DNA from: Octopus vulgaris | Taxonomy: Eukaryota | Direction: 5' to 3' | NCBI GenBank assembly: GCA_951406725.2 | Contig: OX597835.1 | Span: 25,606,001 to 25,670,000 of the forward strand | DNA: 64,000 bases | In this document: piece by piece, positions 41,670-57,606 of the stretch | How positions within the stretch are numbered: position 1 is the first letter of the stretch | Layout of the letters: each line of letters opens with the position of its first letter | Notes under the pieces: model-generated | Told to the model about the DNA's origin: nothing | Database searches by the model: none | What the model saw: only the letters and a program-made list of their open reading frames with translations | Made by a program: the position numbers and the translations under genes

Positions 41670-42084
41670 CGGTGAGCGGGCAGAAACGTTAGCGCGCCGG
41701 GCGAAATGCTTAGCGGTATTTCGTCTGCGTTACGTTGTGAGTTCAAATTCCGCCGAGGTCGACTTTGCCTTTCATCCTTTCGGGGTCGATAAATTAAGTA
41801 CCAGTTGTTACGCACTGGGGTCGATGTAATCGACTTAATACCTATGTCTGTCCTTGTTTGTCCCCTCTATGTTTAGCTCCTTGTGGGTAATAAAGAAATA
41901 GGTATTTCGTCTGCCGATACTTTCTGAGTTCAAATTCCGCCGAGGTCGACTTTGCCTTTCATCCTTTCGGGGTCGTTAAATTAAGTACCAGTTACGCACT
42001 GGGGTCGATGTAATAGACTTAATCCATTTGTCAGTCCTTGTTTGTCCTCTCTATGTTTAGCCCCTTGTGTGTAGTAAAGAAATA
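41668..42084 (+). mobile_element. SINE B dimer in (TA)n
   Basis: Head plus two bodies; junction GAAATA|GGTATTTC at 41900. Confidence 0.85.
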
Positions 42085-42116
42085 TATATATATATATATA
42101 TATTTGTGTATATATA

Positions 42117-42197
<81 letters not shown>

Positions 42198-42680
42198 AGT
42201 GTGTATGTATGTATGTATGTATGTATGTATATACAGGTATCTGACTTGTTCCCACCAACGAAATTTCATTCATAAAATTCCATCGCTCAGTAAAATCGAA
42301 CTCGAATCAATTGGATGTGAAACCGATATCTTAACTATGCAACCAATAGATTTAATGTTCCCCCATCTTGCCCCTTCCTGACGATTTGCTAGAAATAGCA
42401 GTCAAATCCTGTTTCTCAAACTCAGACTCACACCAGTCTTCAATGCGGAGGTACTCAATGGATAATGTGGACCTAGATACACAAGGTCTGAAAAGAAAGA
42501 TCATAGATTTTATGATCTTGAAGTGAAGGAAAAAATAAGAACAATGCCAACGACCATACACATCACATCAACATTCACGCGCACGCGCACGTTTCTTCCC
42601 ACACAAACACACGCTGTCATACGCATGCGTGCAGACGCTAGGGTACAACACAGTCGCACACAGAGGCACACACACACATA

Positions 42681-42728
<48 letters not shown>

Positions 42729-42914
42729 AATATATGTTTATATATATATATGTATATGTATATATAAACATATATATATGTTTATATATATATATATATA
42801 TGACATATATATATACATACATATTTATCAATATATATATATATATATATATATATGACATATATATATATATGACATATATATACATATATATTTATCA
42901 ATATATATATGTAT

Positions 42915-42950
<36 letters not shown>

Positions 42951-43326
42951 CACATATATATACATATATATTTATCAATATATATATATATATATATACA
43001 TATATATACTCACATATATGTTCATTATGTATACAATGCAACATAGCCAAATCCTCTTTGATTCTCCAGACATCGATGACGTCATCACTGTCTGGAGAAT
43101 TGATGTTATCTCAGTTTGTTTCTATTTTGTAGTGTTCATTAAGGGCGTCATCGCACACACACACACACATACACGTACATACATGCATGCATACATACAT
43201 ACATACATGCCACACACAAGCATACACACACACACGCACATATATACACACGAATGCGACACACACCTATGCTTTTGTGTTAAATTACTCGTGTTTGTGT
43301 GAGTTTATACATTTATATGTGTATGG

Positions 43327-43416
<90 letters not shown>

Positions 43417-43542
43417 TGTATATGTTTATACACGCACACAAATATATATACATAGCTGTATGCATACATACCTATATATATATATATACACACACACACA
43501 TATATATATACATACATATATATATATATGCATACATACATA

Positions 43543-43578
<36 letters not shown>

Positions 43579-43611
43579 ACATATATACGGACATATATAT
43601 ATACATATATG

Positions 43612-43659
<48 letters not shown>

Positions 43660-44152
43660 CATACATGCATGCATACATACCAATATATATATAAATACAT
43701 ACATATATACATATATATATACATGTATATACATATATAAATATATGAATATACACATATATATCTACACACACACACACACACATATATATGTATATAT
43801 ATATACACAGACATACACAGAGATATAGACAGAAGGAAGGAGCGTATATATGTGTGTGTGTGTGTGTGTGTGTGAATCTAATGTTTATGTAAATATCTAT
43901 TAAGGCCGCGCGCGCACACGCATATACACTAATGCTAAAACCAACACTCTCGCGGACATCTTAACGAACACACACACGCATATACACACCCATACACTTA
44001 CACACACACACCTCATTTATACGTTTATATATACACCCTAAATCCAGAGCATTAAACAAAGCGGTTTTATGAGGGATAAAAAAAACCCAGCGACATTTAT
44101 TGTGTTCGTGCGCGTGTGAATGTATATGTGTGCGTGTGCGTGTGTCTGTGTG

Positions 44153-44192
<40 letters not shown>

Positions 44193-44334
44193 TGTGTGTA
44201 TTTGTGTATGTGTGTGCGTTTCTGTTTGTATCGGCGTGTGTTGCATGTGTGCGCCAGGATGAGTGTGTACGCCTATGTATATATCTATGCACATATATAT
44301 AAGTATATGTGTGTGTATATATATTTATATATAA

Positions 44335-44397
<63 letters not shown>

Positions 44398-44442
44398 TAT
44401 ATATGTATACATATTTATATATATTCATATATATTTATGTTA

Positions 44443-44481
<39 letters not shown>

Positions 44482-44559
44482 TGCAGTGTGTACTTATGCA
44501 CGCAGACATCAATGTTGATGTACACAATAGAAATTACAAAAGTACATATGTGTGTGTGT

Positions 44560-44606
<47 letters not shown>

Positions 44607-46149
44607 AACATATATATATATATATATATATATACACACTCTTAATTATGTCTGTGCTGCTTTCACATGATTAAGCAAACATTGACGGAGACGCACACAG
44701 GAAACACCCCTCCCCCCTTCAAAGATCTGCTTAATAGACAGGCACGATCCTCGCAAGAGGTTTATTCACTAAGAGTGCTCTATAACTAATTAGAGCTTAC
44801 TGTTGGAGTCTACCTGTATATGATGGCGACTGTCAGCGAGGTTTCGAAAGACATGTACACCGAGGCCGTATGATCGCCTGGCCGTAACCCTTAATACAAA
44901 TAAAATAGACTTGTCCTTTGCATCACAAACAAGAACCTATTTCGCCCATTTTGGTATCTTTTATCATTTATTTTTTTACTTTTTTCAGTCATTGGACTGC
45001 GGCCATGTTGGGGCACCACCTTGGAAGAATTTTGTATATATGAATACGTGTTTGCATTTTTCTATGTGTGTGCACGTGCACACACATAGAAAGATGAATA
45101 TACATAGTCATATGTATGTCTCTTCCACTGAGGAGGGAGCCGGTTTGCAACAAAGATACTATGCTCCATCTTTGGGATGTACTTAACACAGACAAATTCA
45201 CATTTGAAACTTGAGAAAAGTCGTTTTTGAGAAAAGTCTTTTTACTGTTTCACTCGCGTATGTATGTATGTATGTATGTATGTATGTATGTATGTATGTA
45301 TGTATGTATGTATGTATGTATGTATGTATGTATGTTTGTATGCTTGTATGTATGTATGTATGTATGTATGTATGTATGTATGTTTGTATGCTTGTATGTA
45401 TGCTTGTATGTATGTATGTATGTATGTATGTATGTATGTATGTATGTATGCTTGTATGTATGTATGTATGTATGTTTGTATGCTTGTATGTATGCTTGTA
45501 TGTATGTATGTATGTATGTATGTATGTATGTATGTATGTATGCTTGTATGTATGTACGTACGTATGTATGTATGTATGTATGTTTGTAAGTATGTATGTA
45601 TGTATGTATGTATGTATGTATGTGTGTATGTGTGTGTGTGTGTGTGCGTATGTATGTATGTATGTATGTATGTATGTATGCTTGTATGTATGCTTGTATG
45701 TATGTACGTACGTATGTATGTATGTATGTATGTATGTATGTATGTATGTATGTATGTATGTATGTATGTATGTATGTATGTTTGTATGCTTGTATGTATG
45801 CTTGTATGTATGTACGTACGTATGTATGTATGTATGTATGTATGTATGTTTGTATGCTTGTATGTATGCTTGTATGTATGTACGTACGTATGTATGTATG
45901 TATGTATGTATGTATGTATGTATGTATGTATGTATGTATGTATGTATGTATGTATGTATGTATGTATGTATGTATGTATGTATGTATGTATGTATGTATG
46001 TATGCATGTATGTATGTGTGTGTGCGTGTGCGTATGTATGCATGTATGTGTGTATGTATGTATGTTTGTATGCTTGTATGTATGCATGTATGTATGCTTG
46101 TATGTATGTATGTATGTATGTATGTATGTATGTATGTATGTATGTATGT

Positions 46150-46180
<31 letters not shown>

Positions 46181-46713
46181 CTTGTATGTATGCATGTATG
46201 TATGCATGTATGTATGCTTGTATGTATGCATTTTTTACTGGCAGCATGTTGTACTGGAGTCGCCTAGCTAAAGTTTATGCACGAGGACACACTCGATCAT
46301 ATGTTTGATTGAGCAAAGCTATAACTCTGTGTAAAGCGATTTTTTTCTTGGGTAAAAAGGTAAAGACCCCCGCCGGTCATGAATGACCATGGGATTGCAC
46401 CTAGACAATTACCCTCCGAGGCACAAGTCCCGGCAAGGTTGTTTATAGAAGACCAGCAGTCACCCCTGCATACCAGCTTCCGCTCTCTATGCCACCGATG
46501 TTATCCTAGGGAAAGGCAAAGGCTGATACAGCTTGGCACCAGTGACATCGCAACTTATTCTTGCAGCTGAGTGAACTGGAGCAATATAAAATAAAGTGTC
46601 TTGCTCAAAAACACAACACTGAGCCCAGTCTGGGAATCGACTCAGTACCTTATGATTGTGAGCCCTACTCTCTAGCCACTGAGCCATACACCTTCATGTT
46701 CTTGGGTAGCAAC

Positions 46714-47092
46714 TGTTATTTCCTATTTGTTTACCCTTAGAAAGTATGAAAAATGGCTAATATTTCCTTCAACCTTGTCTTTTCTCAAACTTGTCTCCAC
46801 CTGGACAGGTCGAAGTTAACTGAACTGTTGAGCTTACGATCCTTGTATTTATGCTGCTATCTACGTTTCTAGAATGTTCTCGAAATTCTTGAAACTTTTA
46901 GAAACTTTTCGAAAGTTCTTGAAACTTCCAGAATGTTTTAGAAAATTCTGCTTCAGCAAATCAGCGCTGAATCTGTCTGAAATGTAATGGAAAATAGGTC
47001 AGTTTCCCATCATTGATGTACAGATCATAAAGTTTGAAGGGAATAGCAGTCACTTCCTTTGATTTCTAGACAGAAGCAAACAGGAGATAACA
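46714..47092. mobile_element. LTR-like element (TG...CA) containing an nGAAn array
   Basis: Termini TGTTATTTCCT / AGGAGATAACA are inverted; TGG shortly after the right end may be a primer-binding-site remnant; no clear TSD. Confidence 0.55.
46866..46950. promoter_or_regulatory. Heat-shock-element-like array of alternating nGAAn/nTTCn pentamers
   Basis: TTCTAGAATGTTCTCGAA-ATTCTTGAAACTTTTAGAAACTTTTCGAAAGTTCTTGAAACTTCCAGAATGTTTTAGAAAATTC; 10-bp period. Confidence 0.6.
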
Positions 47093-47126
47093 CCTACTGG
47101 CCAACGACAAAAAAAAATATTTTACA

Positions 47127-47565
47127 GGCGCAGGAGTGGCTGTGTGGTAAGTAGCTTGTTTACTAACCACATGGTTCTGAGTTCAGTCCCACTGCGTGGC
47201 ACCTTGGGCAAGTGTCTTCTACTATATCCTCGGGCCGACCAAAGCCTTGTGAGTGGATTTGGTAGACGGAAACTGAAAGAAGCCCGTCATATATATGTAT
47301 ATATATGTATATATATATGTGTGCGTGTGTGTGTTTGTGTGTCTGTGTTTGTCCCCCTAGCATTGCTTGACAACCGATGCTGGTGTGTCTATGTCCCCGT
47401 TACTTAGCGGTTCGGCAAAAAGAGACCGATAGAATAAGTACAGGGCTTACAAAAGAATAAGTCCCGGGGTCGAGTTGCTCGATTAAAGGCGGTGCTCCAG
47501 CATGGCCGCATTCAAATGACTGAAGCAAGTAAAAAAGAGTAAAAAAAAAGAGTGAAAAAAGAGAG
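47127..47565 (+). mobile_element. SINE family A, full length
   Basis: Near-identical to 1546-1950 in the opposite orientation. Confidence 0.85.
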
Positions 47566-48688
47566 TGTGATCCAAGAGGCACCAACTGTGATCGTACAGT
47601 CTTCGTCCATTGTCTTATTCCCCTTTTCCGTGATGGTCGGATATGATTTGAAGCAGATTTAGTTGCTGTTTCTTGTAGGTCGAACATCCTTATTAGCCGT
47701 ATTCATATCCTCAATTATAGCGTATTGGTATTCGGCGAAATATTTCTAAAGCATGCCAAAACTTCAGTTAAACTATGCATAAAATTGGCGCCTCGAGTTT
47801 GTACGAGTATCTTATCACCAAGTCGATAGTGTTCTAACCTCGAGTTTGAGTTTTGTCCTTAACCTTACGGTGCCTTTCACCCATATTTACAGGATGAAAT
47901 AATTGTGTTAAATCACGGTTCAAACGATAAAGGTTTCTAATTGAGGTAATTTATTATTCTCACAATGGCACGGGTAACAGTAAGTTGTAGCTTTCCGTTT
48001 TGTATAATTAATATATGCAACGACATTTGTGAGGTAATATATTCTATGACTTTCAGACCAAAGCGATAACTAAAATAAGAAAAAAAAAAGAAAAAATGAA
48101 AACAATGATAATAGAAAAAAAAAAAGAAAGAAACTGATTTGTGAGTTTGAATATAATAACTTTTGTGTATCGGTCAGAAGATCATGTAACGTCTCTGTAA
48201 AGAAATCTAACTTCAAATTTAATTGAAACCGCGCGATGCAAATGGCCAGTGACAGCAATATTTTTCTCTCCGCTGTGTTCGAGCGGTAAAAGAATCCCTT
48301 CTTTAAAGCTGAACAACTGTCGCTCTGTCTTTTTTTTTTTAACCCTTTGGTGTTTCACTATCAAAGACTTTTGTTGTGAGGCTGAATGGGAGATTTGTCT
48401 TTCTCTTTCGTTGTGTTAAGTGTTTACTATAGACCACAGGGTCTGAAATTTTTGTGGCAAGTGGGTAGTGGATTATATTGAGACACCCCACCCCCAATTT
48501 CCCAGCGGCGCTCGATTGGAACCCATTTCATCGATCACGGTAGCATGAATGGCAAAGTCTAGTTCGGAAAAAATTAAACTCCGAACGCGAAGACGGATGA
48601 AATGTCGCAAAGCATTTTGGCTGGCGAATTAATGATTCTGAAATACATACAAACAAACAAACAAACAAACAAACATACATACATACAT

Positions 48689-48765
<77 letters not shown>

Positions 48766-48780
48766 TATATATATTTATAA

Positions 48781-48832
<52 letters not shown>

Positions 48833-49004
48833 TGGAGCACCGCATTTAGTCGAACAAATCGACCCCAGGACTTATTCTTTGTAAGTCTTGTACTTATTCT
48901 ATCAGTTCCTTTTGCCGAACCGGTAATGTTACGGGAATGCAAACACATAAACATCGGTTGTCAAGCGATGGGCGGGACAAATACAAATATACAAACATAT
49001 GCAT

Positions 49005-49053
<49 letters not shown>

Positions 49054-49055
<2 letters not shown>

Positions 49056-49275
49056 GGGTGTTCAAAAAGTCTCTCAGCATTGTAATTTTTTTCTCCAAGA
49101 TGTATTTCAAAATATGTGTAGAAGAGTTCACTTATATATTGAGAATGAAGGACGACAATTTCAGCACCTTTTATAAAGCCTTTTAAAATCTTGTAAAGTC
49201 TAATGTATTCTTTTGTAGACTTATACCATCTGATAAAGATTTATTTTGCAACAAAATACTGCGGAGAGCACCCTG
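49054..49275. mobile_element. Tc1/mariner-type MITE
   Basis: TA-(T)AGGGTGTTC ... GAGCACCCTG-TA termini. Confidence 0.55.
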
Positions 49276-49325
49276 TATACATACATACATACATACATAC
49301 ATACATACATACATACATACATACA

Positions 49326-49425
<100 letters not shown>

Positions 49426-49621
49426 TAAAAACGGTAAGATAACAAAAGAAAGAAAGCGACCTCAATATTATGTAAATAGAGGAAATTTATCTGTAAAATA
49501 ATATGTGACAATTATTCAATAGCCAAGATAAAACTCTGAGTTTCGGATGCCGAGGTGGAATTTTGTCTGGCAAATTAATGATTCTGAAATGCATACAAAC
49601 AAACACGCATACATACATACA

Positions 49622-49653
<32 letters not shown>

Positions 49654-49734
49654 CATATATATTTTTTTCCACCTCGGCATCCGAAACTCAGAGCTTTATC
49701 TTGAGTACCGAATAACTGTCACATATTATTTTAC

Positions 49735-49791
<57 letters not shown>

Positions 49792-49905
49792 ATGTATGTA
49801 TGTATGTATGTATGTATGTATGTATGTATGTATGTATGCATGCATGCATGCATGCATGTATGTATGTATTGTGTATGTATGTATCTAGTTATGATATATA
49901 TAGAT

Positions 49906-49978
<73 letters not shown>

Positions 49979-50048
49979 GAGAGACAATATGTATATATAC
50001 CTAGCGAGAGAGAGAGATGTTTGTATGTATGTATGTATCTCTCTCTAC

Positions 50049-50110
<62 letters not shown>

Positions 50111-50308
50111 CCCCCTCTCTCTCTCTATCTGTCTATCCGTCTATATATGTATGTGTGTGCACGGTGTATGCGCACGTGTATCTGTGTGTGTGTAAGAGTA
50201 TGTTTATATATTTGTAACATTTTTTCAATAACCGTGTGACAATTCTATTTGGGAGATAAATTAAATGAACAGATGGTTGTCTTTCTGTTCAGACAAACAT
50301 TGTTATTA

Positions 50309-50389
<81 letters not shown>

Positions 50390-50414
50390 GTTATCATCAT
50401 CATCTTCATCATCA

Positions 50415-50517
<103 letters not shown>

Positions 50518-51568
50518 TTATTGTTGTTGTTGTTGTTGTTGTTGCTGTTGTTAGAGTTTGGATGAAGTATAATTACTTTTTAACACCTGACTGTTTTCCT
50601 GGGGAGTGTGGGGGTGGATGAGCCGTGAGGATGAGGTGTGGGGGGAGGTCGAACCCGCCCCTCCCCTTCCCCCTCTCTTCCCACTCCTCCACCAAATCAA
50701 ACTTTTAATTCTTCACTTATGTCTTATGTCACTTATGTCTGGTGGTGCGGACGACGATGACGATGACGACGATGATGATGGCAATGACGACGATGATGAC
50801 GATGACGCTGCTGCTGCTGCTGATGATGATGAGGATGATAGTGATGTTGATAATGATGAGAAGGGGGATGGTGTGGATGATGACGATGATGATGTTGGTG
50901 CTGATGAACAAGACGATAATGATGAGGATGGTGATGATGAGGATGGTGATGATGAGGATGGTGATGATGAGGATGGTGATGATGAGGATGGTGATGATGA
51001 GGATGGTGATGATGAGGATGGTGATGATGAAGATGGTGATGATGAAGATGGTGATGATGAGGATGGTGATGTTGATGATGATGATGATGAGGATGATGAG
51101 GATAATGATAAATAAAACGATGCGCGCGCATGTGTATGATCTCAATCAGCATGTGTGTGCGTGTGTGTATGTCTATATGTGTATGTGATGATGATGATGA
51201 CGACGACGACGATAATGACGACGACTATGAAGATGATAACGATGATGACAATGATGTCGAGGATGATGATAATGGCGACGACGACGACGATGATGATGAT
51301 GATGATGATGATGACGAGGGTGATGATGACGACGATGATGATGATGAAGACGATGATGATGACGAGGACGACGACGATGACGATGATGATGATGATGACG
51401 ACAACGACGACGCCGATGATGATGGCGATGATCATGTGTAGGTTTATGTGTGTTTATAAGTAGATCCTCCGTCGATTTCGATGAAGTGTGATATTCCAGT
51501 TGTTCGATCAAATGGCCTGCTTAATGACTGAATCAAAGACGAAGTGGCTGAATATTCCGTTACAGTGT

Positions 51569-51599
<31 letters not shown>

Positions 51600-51886
51600 G
51601 CAAGGTTGGTCTTTAGAATTACAGGGTTTCTTCGATAGGTTTCCATAGTTATCCATTCTCTTTTAATGGATGAAGAAAAAAAAAATCAGAAGTGAAGGAA
51701 CAAAAAAAAAAAAAAGAAACAACAAAATACACTCGCTCAAGAAGATTGAAACCACGACCTTATGTTTGCGAGACAATCTACTTAACCACTCAACCACGTC
51801 CAAAAGCGCCGATGAGCGGTTAAAGAATTCTTTTGTGATTTAGTTTTGGTGTGCTTGTGCGTGTATATGCGTGTGTATATGCGTGT

Positions 51887-51937
<51 letters not shown>

Positions 51938-52343
51938 GTGGAGGTGCAATGGCCCAGTGGTTAGAGCAGCGTTCTCGCGGTTGTAGGATCGTGGTTTCGA
52001 TTTCCAAACGGGGCGTTGTGAGTGTTTATTGAGTGAAAACATCTAAAGCTCCACGGTTCTTCGACAGGGGTGGGGTAGCGAACCCTGCTGTACTCTTTCG
52101 CCACAACTTTCTCTCACTGTTTCTGTTGTACCCGTATCACGCTGAATCTCCCCGAGAACTACGTTAAGGGTGCCCGTGTCTGTGGACTGGCACGTTAATT
52201 TCACGAGTAAGCCTTGAAGAATTTATAATCCAATGTATTACCCCCACTCCTTTCATTTAAGCCTTACTCTATGTTACAGGGACATAAACACAACACCCGT
52301 TGTCAAGCGGTGGAGATGGGCTGCGGTGTGTGTGTGAGGGGAG

Positions 52344-52435
<92 letters not shown>

Positions 52436-52625
52436 CAGTTTCCGTCTACCAAATCCTCTCACAAGGCTTTGGTTGGCCTGAGGCTATAGTAGAAGACACT
52501 TAGTTAAGGTGCCGTGCAGTGGGATTGAACCCGGAACCATGTGGCTTCTTGCCAAACAGCCACGCCTCCACCTACATATATGTGTGTGTATATATATATA
52601 TATATACACTCTTGTTGCTTTTTTC

Positions 52626-52686
<61 letters not shown>

Positions 52687-52711
52687 TACATACATATAAA
52701 ATATATGTATG

Positions 52712-52747
<36 letters not shown>

Positions 52748-54204
52748 TGTATACACATATGCATACACATATGATTATATATATATATATTTGTATGTGT
52801 ATATATATAGATAGATATATACATACATACACGCACATATATATATATATGTAATATATATGTATATATATGTATATATATATATATATGTAATATATAT
52901 ATATACACGCACATGCATATGTCTTATATATATAACGAAAATGCCTCGTTGCCTTGTGACTAATTTTTAAACAAAACAACCAAAATAACAACAAAACTAA
53001 AAGTAAAGGTGACGATGGTGGTATTAACAGTAGTAGTATTAGTAGTGGTAGTAGTGGTAGTAGTGGTAGTGATTGGGGGTGGTAGTGGTAGTGGTGATGG
53101 TGGTGAGGGTAATTAGCAGCGATGGTGGAAAGAGATTGAAGATTTCTTGAAAGCTTTCTTTATGTCACAAAGGTGATTGCTGAAAAAATTGTTTTTCTAA
53201 TTCGAACGTGTAATCATCACCATTGCTGTCCTCGTCGCCGTCGTCGTCGCCCTCGTCGTTCTCCTCCTCCTCCTCCTCCTCGTCGTCGTCGTCCTTCCCT
53301 CCTCCCCCTCCTCCCCCTCGTCCTCATCCTTTCCTCCCCCTCCTCCCCCTTCTTCCTCCTCCTCTTTCCTCCTTCTCCTCTTCTTCCTCCTCCTTCCTCC
53401 TCTTCCTCCTCCTTCCTCCTCCTCTTCCTCCTCTTCCTCCTCCTCTTCCTCCTCCTCTTCCTCCTCCATCCTCCTCCTTCCTCCTCCTTCTTCCTCATCT
53501 TCCTTCCTTCCTTCCTTCCTCCTCCTCCTCCTCCTCCTCCTCCTCACCACCACCACCACCACCACCACCGTCACCACCGCCACTACCACCATCACCACCA
53601 CCACAACCACCACCTTCATCATCATCATCATCATTTAGCATATTAGAGTTTGCCTATTGACTAGATTCGGCGGGATTTGCAGAAAAAAATTTTCATGGTT
53701 CAGCGAAGGGGAAAAGCGAATGTAGCAACGGATTGTGGAGTGTAGAACGCAAGATGAAAGAAACAAGACTTCTTGGTCATCTCCTGAACCCGTCTCCTTC
53801 ACCAGTTATCTTGATCTGGTCTTGCCACTGGCCTGAAGATGGTTACAGTCGAGAGAGTGAGGCGATGATGCGTAATTCTTCTTCATTTTGACCACCAGAT
53901 GATGAGGATGAGGATAATGATAAATAAAACGATGCGCGCACATATGTATGATCTCAATCAGCATGTGTGTGCGTGTGTGCGTGTGTGTATATCTATATGT
54001 GTACATGATGATGATGATGATGATGACGACGACGACGATAATGACGACGACGACGATGACGACGACGACTATGAAGATGATGTTGAGGATGATGATAATG
54101 GCGACGCCGACGACGACGATGATGATGATGATGATGATGACGAGGGTGATGATGATGGCGATGATGATGAAGACGATGATGATGACGAAGACGACGACGA
54201 TGAC

Positions 54205-54239
<35 letters not shown>

Positions 54240-54751
54240 CGATGATGATGACGACAACGACGACGCCGATGATGATGACTTATGACTATATGGTCCTCGT
54301 CGCTCCGACAGGCGAACATGAATGTAATGTCACTATGTACACTTTCTACTTACCATAACATGAACCCTTTTGGAACGTTCTCCCTGTTCATGTCTTTCCA
54401 GCAGGCATCGACTCGTAAACTGCTTCTCAACCATTCTCCACCCATAGACCCCTTTAATTACTATTTTATTCTGGTGGACCTTAACAGCCATTAGATGTTT
54501 AAAAATTAGTTTTATAGAAACTTCTTTCAAAATTAGAAGACACTTGGCTAAGGTGCCGTGCAGTGGGATTGAACCCGGAACCATGTGGCTGGGAAGCAAG
54601 CTTCTTGCCACACAACAACGCCTCCACCTACATATGTGTATGTGTGTGTGTGTGTGTGTGCCTGTGTGTGTGTCTGCGTGTCTATATGTGTATGTATGCA
54701 TGTCGTATGTATGTATGTGTATTTATATATGCTTGCATATATATAAATACA

Positions 54752-54832
<81 letters not shown>

Positions 54833-55580
54833 GTATGCATATGTATGTATATATATATACATACATATAAAATATGTATTTTGTTTTCCACATTAAATTG
54901 TGTAGGTCGAACTATGTTAGAGAAAGAAACCTTGCTGTTTCTTGCAATGCATACCAATACTCACATCTAAAACAGGGGATCTCAACCCCACCCTTTTTTT
55001 CTTTTTATCTATGGACCCCTTTGATTACTATTATTTCATTCTGGTGGACCCTCATAGCCATTCGATTTTCAAAAACTAGTTTTACAGAAACTTCTTTCAA
55101 AATTCCTAATTTTGTTTCCCACACATTAACTTCTGTAGATTGAACTTCGTGGAATGTTAGAGAAAGAAACCTGTTTCTTGCAACAAATACGTTTAGGTCA
55201 GTGGTTCTAAACCGGGGTTCCTACGACCCTTGGAGGACCATATAAGAGTTTGTTATTAAAACTTATGTGCAAGAAGTTGCTTGTGCTTTTACAAAACATA
55301 AAATATTTTGATTTTTTAAATACAATTCCTAATAATATTTAATTACGAAAATACAGTAGGATTCTTTTTTTTTATATATACATCAAACGGCTTTTGAGGG
55401 TCCAGTGGAATAAAATATGAACCAGAGGGGTTCAGAGGTAAACAAAATAAAACGGAACCACCGTAGAGCACCATCCCCACAACCGACACCACAAAACCAT
55501 TAACAAACGCTTCCACTACACTCACCGACACCACCACCAGCACCACCACCAGCACCACCACCACCACCACCAGCACCACC

Positions 55581-55623
<43 letters not shown>

Positions 55624-56377
55624 TCATTGCCACTACCGCTCTCGCTTCACTGACCAGAGAGTCATCGACTGTTGCTTTCTTGTTTTGAAACGGAATTTCA
55701 AATAAGATGAAAAATTGTTTGATAATCTTTGACGTAATTTGCAAATTTGTATTCAACTAATCCGCTAAGCATTTCGCCCGGCGTGCTAACGATTCTGCCA
55801 GCTCGCCGCCTTACCACCACCACCAATACTACCACTATCGCCACACCACCACCAAGAATACTTTCATCACAACGATGACAAGGACCACCAACACCTCCAA
55901 AAATACACCCCACTGCGCCCCCCACCCCTACAACGACGACTTTCTCTTTTTGTTTTTTTCCTACACCAGGCATAAAGAAACGTCCTCGACAATCGGGCCG
56001 CATCAGACATGGCTCATCTCCAGGCGGGTCACGTTATTAAAAAAAAAACAAAAAAACTTAAGGTAATTTTTTTCGTTAGGTGGGCTTAATTAACTCTTCG
56101 GCAGAGCCCTTTTGTTTTATCGATCCAGAAAGGATGAAAGGCAAAGTTGACTTTGGTGGGATTTGAACTCAGAACGTAAAGAGCCGAAAGAAGAAATACT
56201 GCAAAGCATTTTCCCAGTTCTCTAACAGTTCTGCCAGCTCCGCACCTTCGTATCTGCCATTTGATTTAGGTTCAAGACCCAGCATCCGGCCGTAGAAAAT
56301 CTGCCCCCGCAGATTTCATCTGATCTGTTGCAGTGGATTGTTAAACAGAAGAACGACGGTGGTGATGGTGGTAGTTC

Positions 56378-56414
<37 letters not shown>

Positions 56415-56558
56415 AAAGGGAGCTATAGATTTGAGCCTGTGTATCTGACCCACGCAACAAGCATGGGAAAACAGGCGTTAAACGAACTATAATGGTGGTG
56501 GTGGTGGTGTTGACGGTGGTGATGATGATGATGATAATGATGATGATGAGGTTGGCGA

Positions 56559-56605
<47 letters not shown>

Positions 56606-56894
56606 ATGAAAGAGGGACTTATAGATTTGGGTATTTGCGTCTCACCCATGCAAGCATGGGAAAGTAGACGTTAAACGAACGAACGAATGACGATGGAAGT
56701 AATGATGATGCTGCTGCTGCTGATGGTGTTACTGATGATGATGATGGTGATGATGATATGATGATGATGATGATATGATGATGATGATGATATGATGATG
56801 ATGATGATAACGACGAAAAAGGGACCTATAAGCGTGGGTCCTTGTTGTGAACGTTACATATCTCTGCTAAATAAGTTTTCTCTCTCTCCAACAG

Positions 56895-57168
56895 GTGGCC
56901 AGCAGACGTGTATTTCAAGTTCTCGGTTTAATATACATATTTTTCGGCATTATGGGTAAAGTCGGAGCCCTTTTTATAACTATTCCATACCCAGTTCTTG
57001 GAGGAGTGCAACTTCTAAGTTTCGGTATTTTCATTGGTGTTGTTCTCGCAAATCTCCAATATATAGACTTGAACTCCACGCGAAATTTGGCTATTATCGG
57101 TATGGGTCTACTGCTTGGACTAATGGTGCCTTATTACGGAGAAAAAAACCCGGATGCTTTCGATACAG
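56895..57168 (+). CDS. SLC23-family transporter exon 9; further exons presumably lie beyond the window
   Basis: AACAG|VASRRVFQ...KVGALFITIPYPVLGG...NLQYIDLNSTRNLAIIG...DTG|GTATGT; continues TK|VASRR after an 18.2-kb intron. Confidence 0.96.
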
Positions 57169-57238
57169 GTATGTAAAAAAGTACATTTCTGTTGTTATTA
57201 TTGAGCCAGAAAAGAATCTGTTGCTTGTTATTGTTTAT

Positions 57239-57391
57239 TGAGAATGAGACGTTCCGGCACAGCCGTTTTGGCGCCTCTGATTCGACGCTGACTTATTTGA
57301 CGTCAGATATTTTAATGCTTCTCAGAATGGAAAGTGTTTATGTCAATTATGTTCAATTAATAAATTATAATCTCTCTCTCTCTCTCTCTCT

Positions 57392-57424
<33 letters not shown>

Positions 57425-57606
57425 ATTCTCTCTTCCGTACTCATTCTATCTGAATGTGTCTATTTCTGCACACGTGCATGTTGTGTTTGCCTTCAGTGCC
57501 AAAAATAAAAGTCTCCAAAACAGACTGACTGTCCAATAAACCGCGCCAAATCAACTGCGCCCAAATCATCTGCACCCAAACAGCAGTGCCAAATCGTCTC
57601 ATTCCG
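57239..57606. mobile_element. MITE with short subterminal repeats, about 70 bp downstream of exon 9
   Basis: GAATGAGACGTTCCGGCAC / GTGCCAAATCGTCTCATTC inverted ends. Confidence 0.6.

Noticed and set aside
50606-51441. Asp/Glu-rich biomineralisation-like ORFs
   Set aside because: (GAT)n-derived intronic repeats without a signal peptide or splice support; partly duplicated locally.
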